This document shows positions 48,030-61,144 of a DNA stretch of 64,000 bases, piece by piece. Source of the stretch: Octopus sinensis (Eukaryota); NCBI RefSeq assembly GCF_006345805.1, contig NC_042999.1, positions 6,572,001-6,636,000 of the forward strand, written 5' to 3'. Below the pieces are notes generated by a model that was not told the DNA's origin, searched no databases, and worked only from the letters and a program-made list of their open reading frames with translations. How positions within the stretch are numbered: the stretch's first letter is position 1; the number at the start of each line of letters is the position of its first letter. The translations under genes were made by a program, and so were the position numbers.

Positions 48030-48340
48030 AGAGATTCAGCGTGCGTAAAAGACACAAATAATCTATTTAATGTCATAATGGAGCGCTTTGATGGAGCGGA
48101 CATTCATGTTCTAATTTGATTGTGTATCCTAGATAGCCTTAAATATAAGCGTAATGCTTTAAACAAAGGCTTGTACAGAGATGACGGCTTAATTATTTCT
48201 AACAATATGCACGGATACAATCTTGATAAAATACAGAAAAAAACCCACCCTAATTCGTGCAATTAAAGAACTGATGATTGAATATCACTGAAATCACTAA
48301 CATAACGATAGTTAAATTCCTTAATGTTACCGAAAAGCTC
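48030..48340 (+). mobile_element. Penelope-like element reverse transcriptase remnant
   Basis: NLFNVIMERFDGADI...GLYRDDGL (48171-48191)...NITIVKFLNVT matches the PLE RT pattern FDVTMGSYDGAE...LYRDDGL...VNFLDVT. Confidence 0.8.
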
Positions 48341-49731
48341 AACGCGTGTAAACACAACGAAAGGCCTATTTGCAATCAACAAAACATACCTCATCATTTT
48401 AAGAACCACGTCAGTAATGTTGTAGAATGATCTCGAACATCTCAAACATAGAAACATTTGATGCATTGGAAAAAGTGAATTTGGAACAAAGATTAAGTTT
48501 ACCTCTAAAGCTATTCCACTCCAAGCTAATGGAACAAGCATGTCCCACAAAAGCCGAAGTACACTAGTACCAACACTTGAAATGCTTGAATGAATTATAG
48601 AGAAACTTCGTGTCATAGATATTAAAACCCAACAAAATTCTGATATTAAGTGGAGGCTTTCACCTTCAGTTGATATCGGAATAGTTACTCTGAGAGACTC
48701 TGTATCGGAAACAACGGAAATGGAGGCTCAAGATTAGTCCACGCAACTTTCAAGTGTCGTGTTGCATCACTCTGATGTCATCTGTTAAGCAACAAGAACA
48801 AGCACAACAACAAGAACAACACCAATTAGTTCAAAATGAAGTGGGGAGAGTAATATGTTGCAAACTGGACTTGAATCCTTCGAGAAGCGCCCATTTCATG
48901 ATGGTGCTCCACGAAACCCGTTAAGTCGTTGAATGATTGTGTCTCAAAAAAGACCTGTAAGTGAAGCAGTCATGCATGGCATGAAAACACACGATTGATA
49001 GAAGTAAGAAAAGGAAGTTTAGCTTTTCTTTGACTCATGACAGTTACATCGCATTCTATTTTGAGGGGAGGTTTTGCAATCCAAGAACATCTTCGACCAA
49101 AAGAGACATAAGTGTCAGAGCTATGCCGTCGGGAACTTCGGTTCCTAGTAGGGTCACCCAAGGCGGATTGGTCCGACACCGAGTGGTATTAGGGCCGCAA
49201 CCCGGCAGACGGGGTTCTGGTGAAAATCCTCGGAGTGCCTTCTTCGGCAACCGGCGGCTCCTCGGCCGTTCTGTCCCTGCGTCTGTGAACAATCTGCGGC
49301 AAACAGGATGTTTCTACATGCGGGATTGTTGGGGACCGCTTGTGAAATCCACATATTCCCACGAAACTTCTTCCATGAGTAGAAGAAGCCGACGCAACCC
49401 GCCCAGGGTGAATGTCGCCACAAGTACAAGTAAAAGAGACATAGAAGGTTTTAACTCTTTGAAATTGCAAGTATGTTTTAGTGGTTGCGATTTCATTTGA
49501 TTATATCGCTGGGTTATGCCAAAGTGGGCTCCCACTTGCTTTTGTGTTTACGACTGAAAATAACCGTGTTTTTACCTATTAGAAACACAAAACGGTGCTG
49601 CTGCCCATTTGGAATCTTCCAGAGCAACAGTCAAATGAAATCGTACCCCACAAAATGTATACTCACGGCTTCAAAGGGTTAAACTCCAAGAATCTTCCTT
49701 ATAATGTTATCAATATATTATCGTTATACAA

Positions 49732-49948
49732 GGCGGCAAACTGGCAGAATCGTTAGCACGCCGGGAAGAATTCTTAGTGACATTTCGTTCGTCTTTACGT
49801 TCTGAGTTCAACTTCTGCCGCGGCCGACTTTGCCTTTCATCCCTTTTGGAGGGGTCGATAAAATAAGCACCAGTTGAATACTGGGGTCAATGCAACTGAC
49901 TAACACCATTCCCTGAAATTTCTGGCTTTGTGCCAAAATCTGAAACCA
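49732..49948 (+). mobile_element. SINE A2, full length
   Basis: Head, central domain and A2 tail. Confidence 0.85.
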
Positions 49949-50777
49949 ATATCTCTTTCTATGCAGTATGATACCGTTGCTAAACAATATTCACTTTCAT
50001 CAATGGGAAGAACTACCTCACGGCAGATATAAAATATGTCCCCGAGGGTGAGTATTTTCATTTAATACAATATTAGTAATATAAGGAAACATCCTCGCGA
50101 CATCTATAAATTAGCATTCGAATACTCTTTCGTTCGATCTTCTAAGGGGGTGGTAGAGTCAGAAAACAAGGCATTTCGGCCACAAACCATATTCTAATGA
50201 TTGAATTTTGTTTTCTTAGAAATCACAGCCTTCTTTATTCAAAAGAGCCAAAGTATTAAAAAAGACAAGCAAAGAAAAGCTGGATATACATAAATCCTTT
50301 ACGAAGAAGCCAGTTTAATTTAGATTGTCATAAATAGATAGTAGCAGTTTGTAAGTGGATCACTCAACTAGATCTATTCCTGTGTGTGTGTGTATGAACA
50401 TATATCTGTGTGTATGTGTATGCTTAAGATGTATTAATATACGCAGTTGTGAAATCATACACGCAGTCTTATACAAGGATGCTAGAGGTAAACATATAGT
50501 TGCTTACACACAATAATATATACATACATATACATACATGCATATATATATGTATATATATATATATGTATGTGTATGTATGTATGTATGTATGTATATA
50601 TATATATACACACATATATGTATGCATATTTATATATATGTATGTGTATATATATGCGTATATATATACATACATACATATATATATGTATGTATGTATG
50701 CATGTATGTATATATATATATTATATATATTATATATATACATACATACTATATATATATGTATGTATGCATGTATG

Positions 50778-50808
<31 letters not shown>

Positions 50809-50986
50809 GATATATATATACATACATACATGTATTTATGTATGCATGTATGTATGTATGTATGTATGTATATATATATATATATTAATCAATATAGGGT
50901 GGCAAGGAAAATTTTGTAGAATTTTATTGCCACCAGCGGCCCAGCGGGAAAAAATTAAATAGTCATAGACCATTTTTAAGTTCAAC

Positions 50987-51455
50987 ATTAACAATTAAGG
51001 AACGGCCATAATAGGCCATTCACCCACTAGAAATAACAGCCAAAGCTTCTACCGCAAATAAAGATTAATTCGTAAACAGGAGAAAATTAAAAAACATTTA
51101 CCCTGTAATTTCTTGTACGGTATACCGTTTCATCCTCTGTTTAATGGTAAACTAACCTGATTAAATTAAATCAAGCCAATCCTCCATAAGCCCTCCGGAT
51201 TCTTCAGCAAGAGAATCGGATTCTTGCTGAAGAATCCGAGGCTTATGGAGGATTGGCTTGATTTAATTTAATCAGGTTAGTTACCATTAAACAGAGGATG
51301 AACGGTATACCGTACAAGAAATTACAGGTAAATGTTTTTTTAATTTTCTCCTGTTTACGGAATAATCTTATTTGCTTTATGGGTAGAGTAGTAGAAGCTT
51401 TGGCTGTTATTTCTAGTGGGTGATGGCCTATTATGGCCGTTCCTTAATTGTTAAT
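50987..51455. repeat. Long inverted repeat, about 230-bp arms, almost no spacer
   Basis: Centre AGAATC-G-GATTCT; arms differ mainly by 1-bp indels and one ~15-bp deletion. Confidence 0.9.
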
Positions 51456-51718
51456 ATATATATATATTATATATATTATATATATATATATATTACTTGC
51501 GTATATATGCTTCAATATGTGTTGTACTCATAATTATTTCTTCCAGTATGTCTGTTAATGTTGTGTCTATTTTGGAGAAACCTTGATTCAAAGATAAATC
51601 TAGACATATTCGTGTAATAAATATATGTTTAATAGAAAAGTTGCTTCCGATACATACATATACATACACACACATACATACATACCAACATACTACATAC
51701 ATACACATATACACACAC

Positions 51719-51759
<41 letters not shown>

Positions 51760-52129
51760 ATTATATATATATAGTACATACATACATACATGTATATGTG
51801 TGTGTTTCTCTGTGTGCTTCTCTCTGTGTGTGTGTGTGTGTCGGGTATATGCAGACATATATATATGCTCACACGCGCGTGTGTGTGTGTATGTAGTTAA
51901 TTTGAGTAATAGGTTGATATAGCTCTTCGGAAACAATCTTTGAAGAGATGGTTGTATTTGCATGTTCACGAAACTGTAAGTAACATTAGTTAAGTCAACC
52001 TGTTAATACAATAAATACATCTCCTGTTATATGTATTGAGTGCTACTTTCATTCGTCTCTTTGTCTCTCAGTGTCTGCCTCTGTCTGTCTGTCTGTCTCT
52101 CCACACGCACACAAGCACATATACATATT

Positions 52130-52671
52130 TTATCTTTTTACTTGTTTCAGTCATTAGACTGCGGCCATGCTGGGGCGCTATCTTGAGGAATTTTTAGTCA
52201 AACGAATTGGTGCCAGTACTTTTATTTTTTAAAGCCTGATTCTTATTCTATCGATTTTGTTTTGCCGAACCGTTAAGTTACAGGGAGAGAAACACATCAA
52301 CACCGGTTGTCAAGCAACGATGGGGGACAAAAATAGGCAGACACACACATACACACACACACATATATACTCTTACCCTTTTACTGGAGCACCTCCTTTA
52401 GTCGAACAAATCGACCCCAGGACTTATTCTTTGTAAGCCTAGTATCGGTCTCTTTTGTCGAACCGCTAAGTTACACATCAGCATCGGTTATCAAGCGATG
52501 TTGGGGTGACAAACACAGACACACAAACATACACACAAACATACACACACACATACATACATACATAACATATAATATATTATATATATATATATACATA
52601 TTATATATTATATATATATATTATATATATATAATATATATATATATATATTATATATATATAATACATAC

Positions 52672-52717
<46 letters not shown>

Positions 52718-52767
52718 TATAATATATATATATAACATATATTATATAATATATATAATATAATATA

Positions 52768-52850
<83 letters not shown>

Positions 52851-53182
52851 ATATATACGACGGGCTTCTTTAAGTTTCCGTCTACCAAATCTACTCACAA
52901 GGCTTTGTTTGGCCTGAGGCTATAGAAGAAGACACTCGCCCCAAAGTGCCACGCAGTGGGACTGAACCCGAAACCATGTGGCTGGTAAGCAAGCTACTTA
53001 CCACACAGCCACTACTGCGCCTATATGATAAGCTTCCTTCAGTTTCTGTCTACTAAATCCACTCACAAATCTTTGGTTAACTCAAGGCTATAGGAGAAGA
53101 CACTTGCCCAAGGTGCTACGCAGTGGGACTGAAGGCGGAAGCATTTGGTTGGGAAACAAACTTCCTACCACACACCACTCAT
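52130..53182 (-). mobile_element. Cluster of SINE B pieces (52130-52360, 52375-53022 with long internal TA tract, 53030-53182)
   Basis: Similarity to family B. Confidence 0.8.
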
Positions 53183-53535
53183 ATGATTCTCGCTAGACAT
53201 GGCAGCATATGTTCCTCATTCGTCCTTATCGGGTTGTAACACATTGAGTTTCCTTTGCTGACGAACCTGAATGACGCAGAAATGCATGCATCATAAGATC
53301 TGATGATGTGATTCATATCCATCAAAATATGTTTCCGTACATATCTAGGTGGAGAATTTAGACTCGCTGTTATTTTCGCAGCGGAACTTTTTATCACGTT
53401 AAAATACATTCGAAGATGTTAAATATGCTTTTATACGAATATATTCTATTCAACACCGGTCCGTGCAACATTATATAAATAAATAAATATATATATGTAT
53501 GTATATGTACATATTGCTTGTTCTTGTTGGATTGA

Positions 53536-53589
<54 letters not shown>

Positions 53590-53693
53590 TGTATATATAT
53601 ATTATATGCGTACACATACACACACCATATATTTGTAAATATGCAGGCCCAGTTTTCCATTATTATATCTATATATATATATCTATATATCTG

Positions 53694-53726
<33 letters not shown>

Positions 53727-54035
53727 GTTATTATATATATATATTATATATATTACATTGTATGATGTATAGCGAAGAGATGTCACAATATCGGTAAAGA
53801 AATTTGAGAATTTGAAAAGAAAATACGAAACCGGTTATTTCTCCCAAGACAATGTTTACTATACACAAAATTTTATAAATTTTTCCAACATAACGATTTA
53901 AATATATTCTTTAACATAAATCTTCTGTAGTTTTTTCCATTCTTTTTGTCTTTTATACATCCGACCACGTGTTTTCACATACCAACTCCCTCAACCTATA
54001 TATATATATATATATATAGATATATTATATATATA

Positions 54036-54083
<48 letters not shown>

Positions 54084-54221
54084 AGTAAAATAAGGATTAA
54101 ATATCAAAAGCGAATACCTATAAAGATATTATTATTGTTACTATCTACGGTAAATATAAATTGATAATAATATAGGTGGATGCAGGGTGAAACAGTGTGA
54201 AAATATCTAACGCTATATATG

Positions 54222-54263
<42 letters not shown>

Positions 54264-54294
54264 TATATATATTATATATATATTGTATTATACA

Positions 54295-55181
54295 TGCACG
54301 GTGCGATGTGTAAATTGTCGCTATTTTATATTTTTTACTTCGTACATGTATGCACATTGTTTTTTTTTGTTTTATTTTGTCGACTACAGAGTATAGTAGG
54401 GTCAGTTGGGCACCGTCTGTGAGAAAAAACAGCAACACGACGCAATTCAATGTCAGAAATTTGGAACCGACATGCTGTACTGCTTGGTATTTGCGCCAGA
54501 AGCTCCAATACGAACATTTCAGAGAGTTTGGGTGTGAATCTGAGGACACCGCAATCTGAGGACATGTACCGAGAGTGATAAAGATGAAACATCCAGTCAA
54601 CATCATGGTGTTTGGAGTGATCACGTTATGCTTCTATTTATCTTCCCCCACGGCCTCACACTCAACACAGAGCCCTACATTATGTGTCTGGAAGAGGTAT
54701 TGCTGCATTGGGCGAAGAGGGTGGATGCTGCAAGGCCCTATGTCGGGCAACAGGTATCTGCATTATGCTACACAAGCAGGAGAATCTAGTCATGGCTGTC
54801 AGACAATTTCTGCAACCACATCACCCCTAATATCTGGTCACCTAACTCCCCAGACTGCAACCCCTTTGATTATCATGTGTAGGGCGCAGTTGAGTGAGAG
54901 ACCAACAAAACTCCTTGTAACACCAAAGAGGAACTGAAGGCAAGGATTATGGCAGCATTCATCAACTTAAACAAGGAGACCGACCAGAAGAGTTGCAGGA
55001 GATTCCGAAATCGTCTTGAGGCTGTGGTTGAAGCCAATGGTGATTTTATTGAATATATTTACTCTTTAGTATTTCAAGATATTTTTATGTAACTTTGGTT
55101 AATATATTCTGTTAAATGAGATGTCAGTGTTATTTTCATTTTTGCGTAATTTGGACGACAATTTACTCACCGCACCCTGTA
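54295..55181 (+). mobile_element. Internally deleted Tc1/mariner (maT/DD37D-like) transposon
   Basis: KHPVNIMVFGVI, NIWSPNSPDCNPFDY, RLEAVVEANGDFIE*; imperfect TIRs (54295-54321 vs 55154-55179 ending CACCCTG|TA). Confidence 0.85.
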
Positions 55182-55573
55182 CCTAAGCAAATTCCATAAA
55201 CAAACCTTTCAATAGAAATATTCTCCTGAATTGAACTGCAACTGCTAGCCGTCACTGACCATTCAAAATACGACCATCAAGGCACTCCCAAATTTTTCCA
55301 CCCCCTCTTCTCATCAACCTTCTTCTTCTTCTACCCTACCAAGAATTCACAACGGCCTCGAAACACAAGTTGCAAAACAAGGGAGAGAGAGAAAGGCAGA
55401 ATGCCACTTATATTTGAACAATATACAATATTCCTTTAAAAAAACTTTTCTTTTAATTTTTCCAAATTTAATTATTTAATCGTTACAGTTGAAAAGGTCT
55501 CAAAATGACCGAAACCGGTACTGAAATGATCGTTATAAATTATTTTAGCATTTTATATTTTGAATGTTTTTTC

Positions 55574-55676
<103 letters not shown>

Positions 55677-55690
55677 ATATATATTATATT

Positions 55691-55932
55691 GCTGAACCGC
55701 TAAGTTACGGGGACGTAAACATACCAACATCGGTTGTCAAGCGATGGTGGGAGGACAAACACAAAAACATATACACAAACATATACATATACATACGACG
55801 GGCTTCTTTCAGTTTCCGTCTATCAAATCCACTCACGAAGCTTTGGTTAGCTCGAGGCTATAGTACGGGACACTTACCCAAAGGACCATGCAGCGGGACT
55901 GAATCTGGAACCATGTGGTTGGTAAGCAAGCT
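55691..55932 (-). mobile_element. SINE B, partial
   Basis: Similarity to family B. Confidence 0.8.
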
Positions 55933-56000
55933 AAATATATCTGTTTAAATATATATATATACATGTATCTATCTGCCTGTCTGTCTGTCTGTCTATCTAC

Positions 56001-56033
<33 letters not shown>

Positions 56034-56216
56034 CTCTTGGAGGGCTGGCCGTGATCTAGTAATCTCAAGATTAATCAGCCGAAATTACTACGATGATCCG
56101 GTTCTTGACTGAAGACTGAGGGTTTCGAATGTCCTGTCCGTGTTATTGTATCGTCTTCTAAGAGTTATACGTCTTGTCCATGTTGTATTTTTCTACATAC
56201 CTTAATATATATATAT

Positions 56217-56257
<41 letters not shown>

Positions 56258-56261
<4 letters not shown>

Positions 56262-56450
56262 GAAAGTTTACGAAAATAAACAAAAGACGAAGGCAGGGGA
56301 GTACAAACAAACAATGTATTAGTATAGCGCTCAGGAATAGAACAAGTCTTTTACGTTCGAGCCTACGCTCTTCGACAGAAGATACTCAGAACAAAAACAA
56401 GGAGAGAAAAAAAATGCGTGTAGGAGCTAACGATCTATCATGGCGACCTC
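56258..56450 (-). mobile_element. Penelope-LTR-like segment with degenerate hammerhead motif, between (TA)n tracts
   Basis: Minus strand TCTT-CTGTCGA-AGAGC(GTAG)GCTC-GAA-CGTA-AAAGA at 56347-56382. Confidence 0.5.
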
Positions 56451-56500
56451 ATATATATATATTATATATATATATATATATATAATATATATATATATAT

Positions 56501-56538
<38 letters not shown>

Positions 56539-56789
56539 TATATATGAGGCTTCTCAATCAGTTATTCTCTTTCTGTTAACTTTTACTGTTATGACTAGTG
56601 TGAAAATAAATATATCGCACATCATTATCATATTATTATTATTATTATTATTGTTGTTGTTGTTGTTGTTGTTATGTACGAATGTAGGAATATGATTTTA
56701 CAAAGGGTCGTCATTCGGAATCAGTGAAATAAATTGTTAGTCTAACTTTCAGACAATGAAAGTTAAAATAATAATGACCGACAAAAAAA

Positions 56790-57125
56790 AAGAGAGAAAA
56801 GAAGAAGAAGAAGAAGAAGAAGAAGAAAGAAGAGAAGAGACGAAGACGAAGAAAGAAGAAGAAGACGACGAAGGGATGAAGAAAAGAAGAAGAGAAAAGA
56901 AGGAAAGAACAAAAGAAAAGGATTGAAGAAGAAAGGAGAATGTGAAGAAGAAGGAAGACAGAAGACGAAGAAGAAGAAGCAGAAGAAGAAGAAGACGAAG
57001 AAGAACAGAAGAAGAAGAAAAGAAAGAAGAAAGAAGAAAAGAAGAAGGAAGAAGGAGGTAAAGAGAAGGAAGAAGTTGAAGAAGAAGAAGAAGAAGGAAA
57101 AGAAAAAAGAAGAAGAAGAAGAAGA
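56790..57125. repeat. (GAA)n-rich tract
   Basis: Direct reading. Confidence 0.9.
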
Positions 57126-57276
57126 ATGGAAAATTTGCACCAAATTGGACAAGAAAGGAACTGTCTCGATGTGAGGCAGTTTGGCCGATGCATCACCCTA
57201 CGCACTAATGACTTGAGAATGGACGAGGAGGACGAAGCACTTCACCAGTTTTCTATTGTCACCTTGGCTCAGAAAC

Positions 57277-57318
<42 letters not shown>

Positions 57319-57414
57319 CACCAGAAAGAGAATAGACATTTAATCAACTTAGCACACGCATATAGGAATACAAACAATACTTTATTAGTGACTTCACACA
57401 GACGGTGAGTCGTA

Positions 57415-57760
57415 GTTTATATTATTATATTATTATTATTATTTTATTATTCTTATTATTATTATTATTATTAGGTTATTATTTTATTATTATTATTATT
57501 ATTATATTATTTTATTATTATTATTATGATTATTATATTATTATTATTATATTATTTTATTATTATTATATATTATTATTATTATTTATTATTATTTTAT
57601 TATTATTATCGTCATTAATATTATTACTATAACATTATCATCATCATCATCATTATTATTATTATTATTATTCTATGTTTGACTTTTGCTTTACATTTGT
57701 ACAAGTTGTCTCCAATTATTATTATTATTATTATTGTTATTGTTATTGCTGCCATTATGG
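57415..57760 (-). repeat. (TTA)n tract containing a 43-bp D2 3' terminus (57671-57713)
   Basis: TTCTATGTTTGACTTTTGCTTTACATTTGTACAAGTT is the reverse complement of the D2 end. Confidence 0.85.
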
Positions 57761-58161
57761 TATGTATTAGTATTATCTTGTCATTGTTGTCTGCTAGAGT
57801 CTGTTTTAATGTAGCTTCATTAAAAACAGACATTAATTCAGAGAACATTTAGACAAGAACCTTAGAAATGAAAGGAAAGAAAGGAAGAAGGCGAAAGAAC
57901 GGTAAAGAAGATTCTTCTGTCGAATGGTTTAAGCCGAAATTGCATTGTGGGAAATTTTGTAAGAGATACAATTGATTGAGTTCTGTAACACAACATATAT
58001 ATTACCAATAATGTATAATGTTGTGTGTGTGTGTGTGGTGTGTGTGTGTAATGTATGCATATATATATATATATCTATATATATGTATATATGTATATAT
58101 GTATATATGTATATATGTATTATGTATATGTATGTACGTATATCTAATATATATATATATA

Positions 58162-58207
<46 letters not shown>

Positions 58208-58234
58208 TATTATATTATATATATAATATATATA

Positions 58235-58273
<39 letters not shown>

Positions 58274-58280
58274 TTATATA

Positions 58281-59321
58281 TAGAGGGCATTATAATCCCA
58301 TGCCAGATGGCATTATACATACATGCCACACGCTAAGAGGGACAATTAGTCATTTCTACCAAAAATATTACTAATCCCACCGAATGCAATTTTTCAAAGT
58401 AAGACATTTAAAAAAATATAGACCTGTATCACAGTGATTTCATACTTACGTATTCATCAGCAGGCCTGGATGTATCATACATAAACGACCCTGCCTCGCT
58501 AAGCCGATCAGCTAACTGATCAACATCAACGAAGCACATGGGTGAGTTTACATATATTAATCCTGTAAAGTCAGACTTTTACGAATTGCATTCGGGAAAG
58601 GAAAAGTTTTTTCGGAATAAAAATTTTAGCAATTAAGGACAACTACTTAATAAGGAAACTTAACAAGAAAATGTCAGGTAGATAGCGTGAAAACCTCATA
58701 AGAGAAAAAATTTCGAAAATAATTATTTCTTATTGAACTATTTAATTTATATATAGAGGCATTATACATCCATGCCAGATGGCATTATACATACATCCAC
58801 ACGCTAAGAGGGACAATAGTCCATTTTACCAAAAATATTACTAATCCACCGAATGCAATTTTTTCAAAGTAAGACATTAAAAAAATAGACCTTATCACAG
58901 TGATTTCATACTTACGTATTTATTCACAGCAGCCTGGATGTATCATACATAAACGACCCTGCCTCGCTAAGCGATCAGCTAACTGATCAAATCAACGAAA
59001 GCACATTGGGTGAGTTTACATATATACATCCTGTAAATGTCAGACTTTACGAATTGCATTTCGGGAAATGTCTTACTTTGAAAATTGCATTCGGTGGGAT
59101 TAGTAATATTTTTGGTTAGAAATGAAATGACTATTGTCCTCTTAGCGTGTGCATGTATGTATAATGCCATCTGGCATGGATGTATACTGCCCTCTATATA
59201 TAAATTAATATGTTCAATAAGAAATAATTATTTTCGAAATTTTTTCTCTTATGAGGTTTTCACGCTATCCTACCTGACAATTTCTTGTTAAGTTTTCCTT
59301 ATTAAGTAGTTGTCTAATTGC

Positions 59322-59322
<1 letters not shown>
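58281..59322. repeat. Complex duplication A-B-C-A-B-A'-C' (fold-back with ~255-bp arms plus upstream tandem copy)
   Basis: C-A (58627-58880) is inverted at 59065-59322; A-B repeated at 58281-58605. Confidence 0.85.
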
Positions 59323-59355
<33 letters not shown>

Positions 59356-59386
59356 TTATATATATATATATATATATATAATATAA

Positions 59387-59790
59387 GGCGCAGACGTGGC
59401 TGTGTGATAAGAACCTTGCTTCCCAACACATAGTTCCAGCAGATTCGTCCCACTAGGTGGCACCAGGGCAAGTGTCCTCTAGTTTATCCTTGGGCCGACC
59501 AAAGCACTCTGAGTAAATTTCGTAGACGGAAACTGGAAGAAGCCCGTCGTATATATGTATATTATGCATATGTATGTATGCTTATGTCTTTGTGTCAGTG
59601 TTTGTTCCCCACCACCATCGCCTGACAACCGATGTTGGTGTGTTTACGTCCCCGTAATCAAGCGGTTTAGCAAAAGAGACCGATAGGATAAGTACTATGC
59701 TTACAAAGAATAAGTTCTGGGGTCGAGTTCTTCGATTAAAACCCTTTAAGACGGTGCCCCAGTATGGTCGCAGTCAAAATGACCGAAGCA
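59387..59790 (+). mobile_element. SINE B, composite
   Basis: Similarity to family B. Confidence 0.85.
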
Positions 59791-59963
59791 AGGAATATAT
59801 ATATATATTATATATATCTATAATATATATATATATATATATAAATATATATATTATGTATATGTGTGCATGTATGTTTATATGTAATTGCATATATGTA
59901 AGTATATGTATGCATTATATATACATATATATATATAATATATATATATATATAATGTAAGAA

Positions 59964-60040
<77 letters not shown>

Positions 60041-60044
60041 GTCT

Positions 60045-60450
60045 ATCTATCTTCTTCGGTTGTCCGTTGTAGGTCGATGTTCACTGTTCTTGCTACAAGA
60101 CCTGACCTTGATCTGCAGCAGCAATGACATATGTGGCAGGTGAAATTACTTGACGGAACGGAGAAGTGATGTCGCTCATGTACTCTTTCGTATTCTCTCT
60201 GTTGTTTCTCCTCATTGGCCGGAATTACGAGCCTCAGCCATCGCTGCCATTCGTCGTGCCGCAGGTTCTTTTTCCAGGTGTCTGGCGAGATGTCGGTGTT
60301 CTTCATATGTCATATATCTCATCAGCAAATCTCTGTAACGTAAACTGGCCAATACGGCTCAGCCTGCCCTGACCCAGTTGATTACAGAAGACTGCTTTTG
60401 GGGGCCCACCGCCCTCCGTCCTGCAAATATGTCGCACCCAGCCCAGTTAC
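60045..60450 (-). mobile_element. RTE-clade LINE 3' remnant with terminal C2H2-like motif
   Basis: [11 protein letters not shown]...[12 protein letters not shown]; DISPDTWKK...WQR; FTCHICHCCCRSRSGL. Confidence 0.8.
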
Positions 60451-60539
60451 GATGAGGCTTTAGTGGAAACCACATGCCCAAGGTGTCACGTAGTGGAACT
60501 AAGTGGTTATGAAGTTAATTTCTTACCACACAGCTCTGC

Positions 60540-60750
60540 CCACAGCCACACCCACAGCTACAGCCACGCTCACAGCCACAGCCACGCACACAGCTACAGC
60601 CACGCCCACAGCTACAGCCACACCCACAGCTACAGCCACGCCCACAGCCACAGCCACGCACACAGCTACAGCCACGCTCACAATTACGCCCACAGTCACG
60701 CCGACAACCACACCCACAGCCACGCCCACTGCCATGCCTGCGCGCATAGT
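60540..60750. repeat. Degenerate hexamer repeat (CACAGC/CACGCC/TACAGC)n
   Basis: Direct reading. Confidence 0.85.
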
Positions 60751-60944
60751 TTATAAAGGTAAATTTCACAAAAATGAATGTTCAGGTCGATTTGTTCGAC
60801 TAAATTCTTTCAAGGCGGTGCCCCAGAATGGCTGCAGTCTAATGTAACAAGTAAAAGATTAAAAAAAAGATAAAGACAAATATGATTTTGTTGTTCATCT
60901 TTCTGTGGCTGACAGTAAGTGGAGGGGACTAAAACGTGGCGCTG

Positions 60945-61089
60945 TTTTTCTTGATATGAGATCACCATGTCGTGCATGTGATGCATATGCCTGGTGTATC
61001 CTTATCAGATGGGTAGTCATGATGGGTATACTGGGCTTCGTATATTTTACCCCAGTGTCATTTGGATGGCATGCACTGCTCTCTCACTC

Positions 61090-61091
<2 letters not shown>
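60945..61091 (+). mobile_element. 3' fragment of the 41276-41822 element
   Basis: Aligns with 41672-41822; followed by (TAA)n. Confidence 0.85.

Positions 61092-61144
<53 letters not shown>

Noticed and set aside
56711-57205. Lys/Arg/Glu-rich or Ser/Phe-rich ORFs
   Set aside because: Derived from a (GAA)n tract
60503-60847. Thr-Ala-Pro repeat ORF resembling antifreeze or mucin proteins
   Set aside because: Hexamer repeat between SINE B fragments; no signal peptide or splice support
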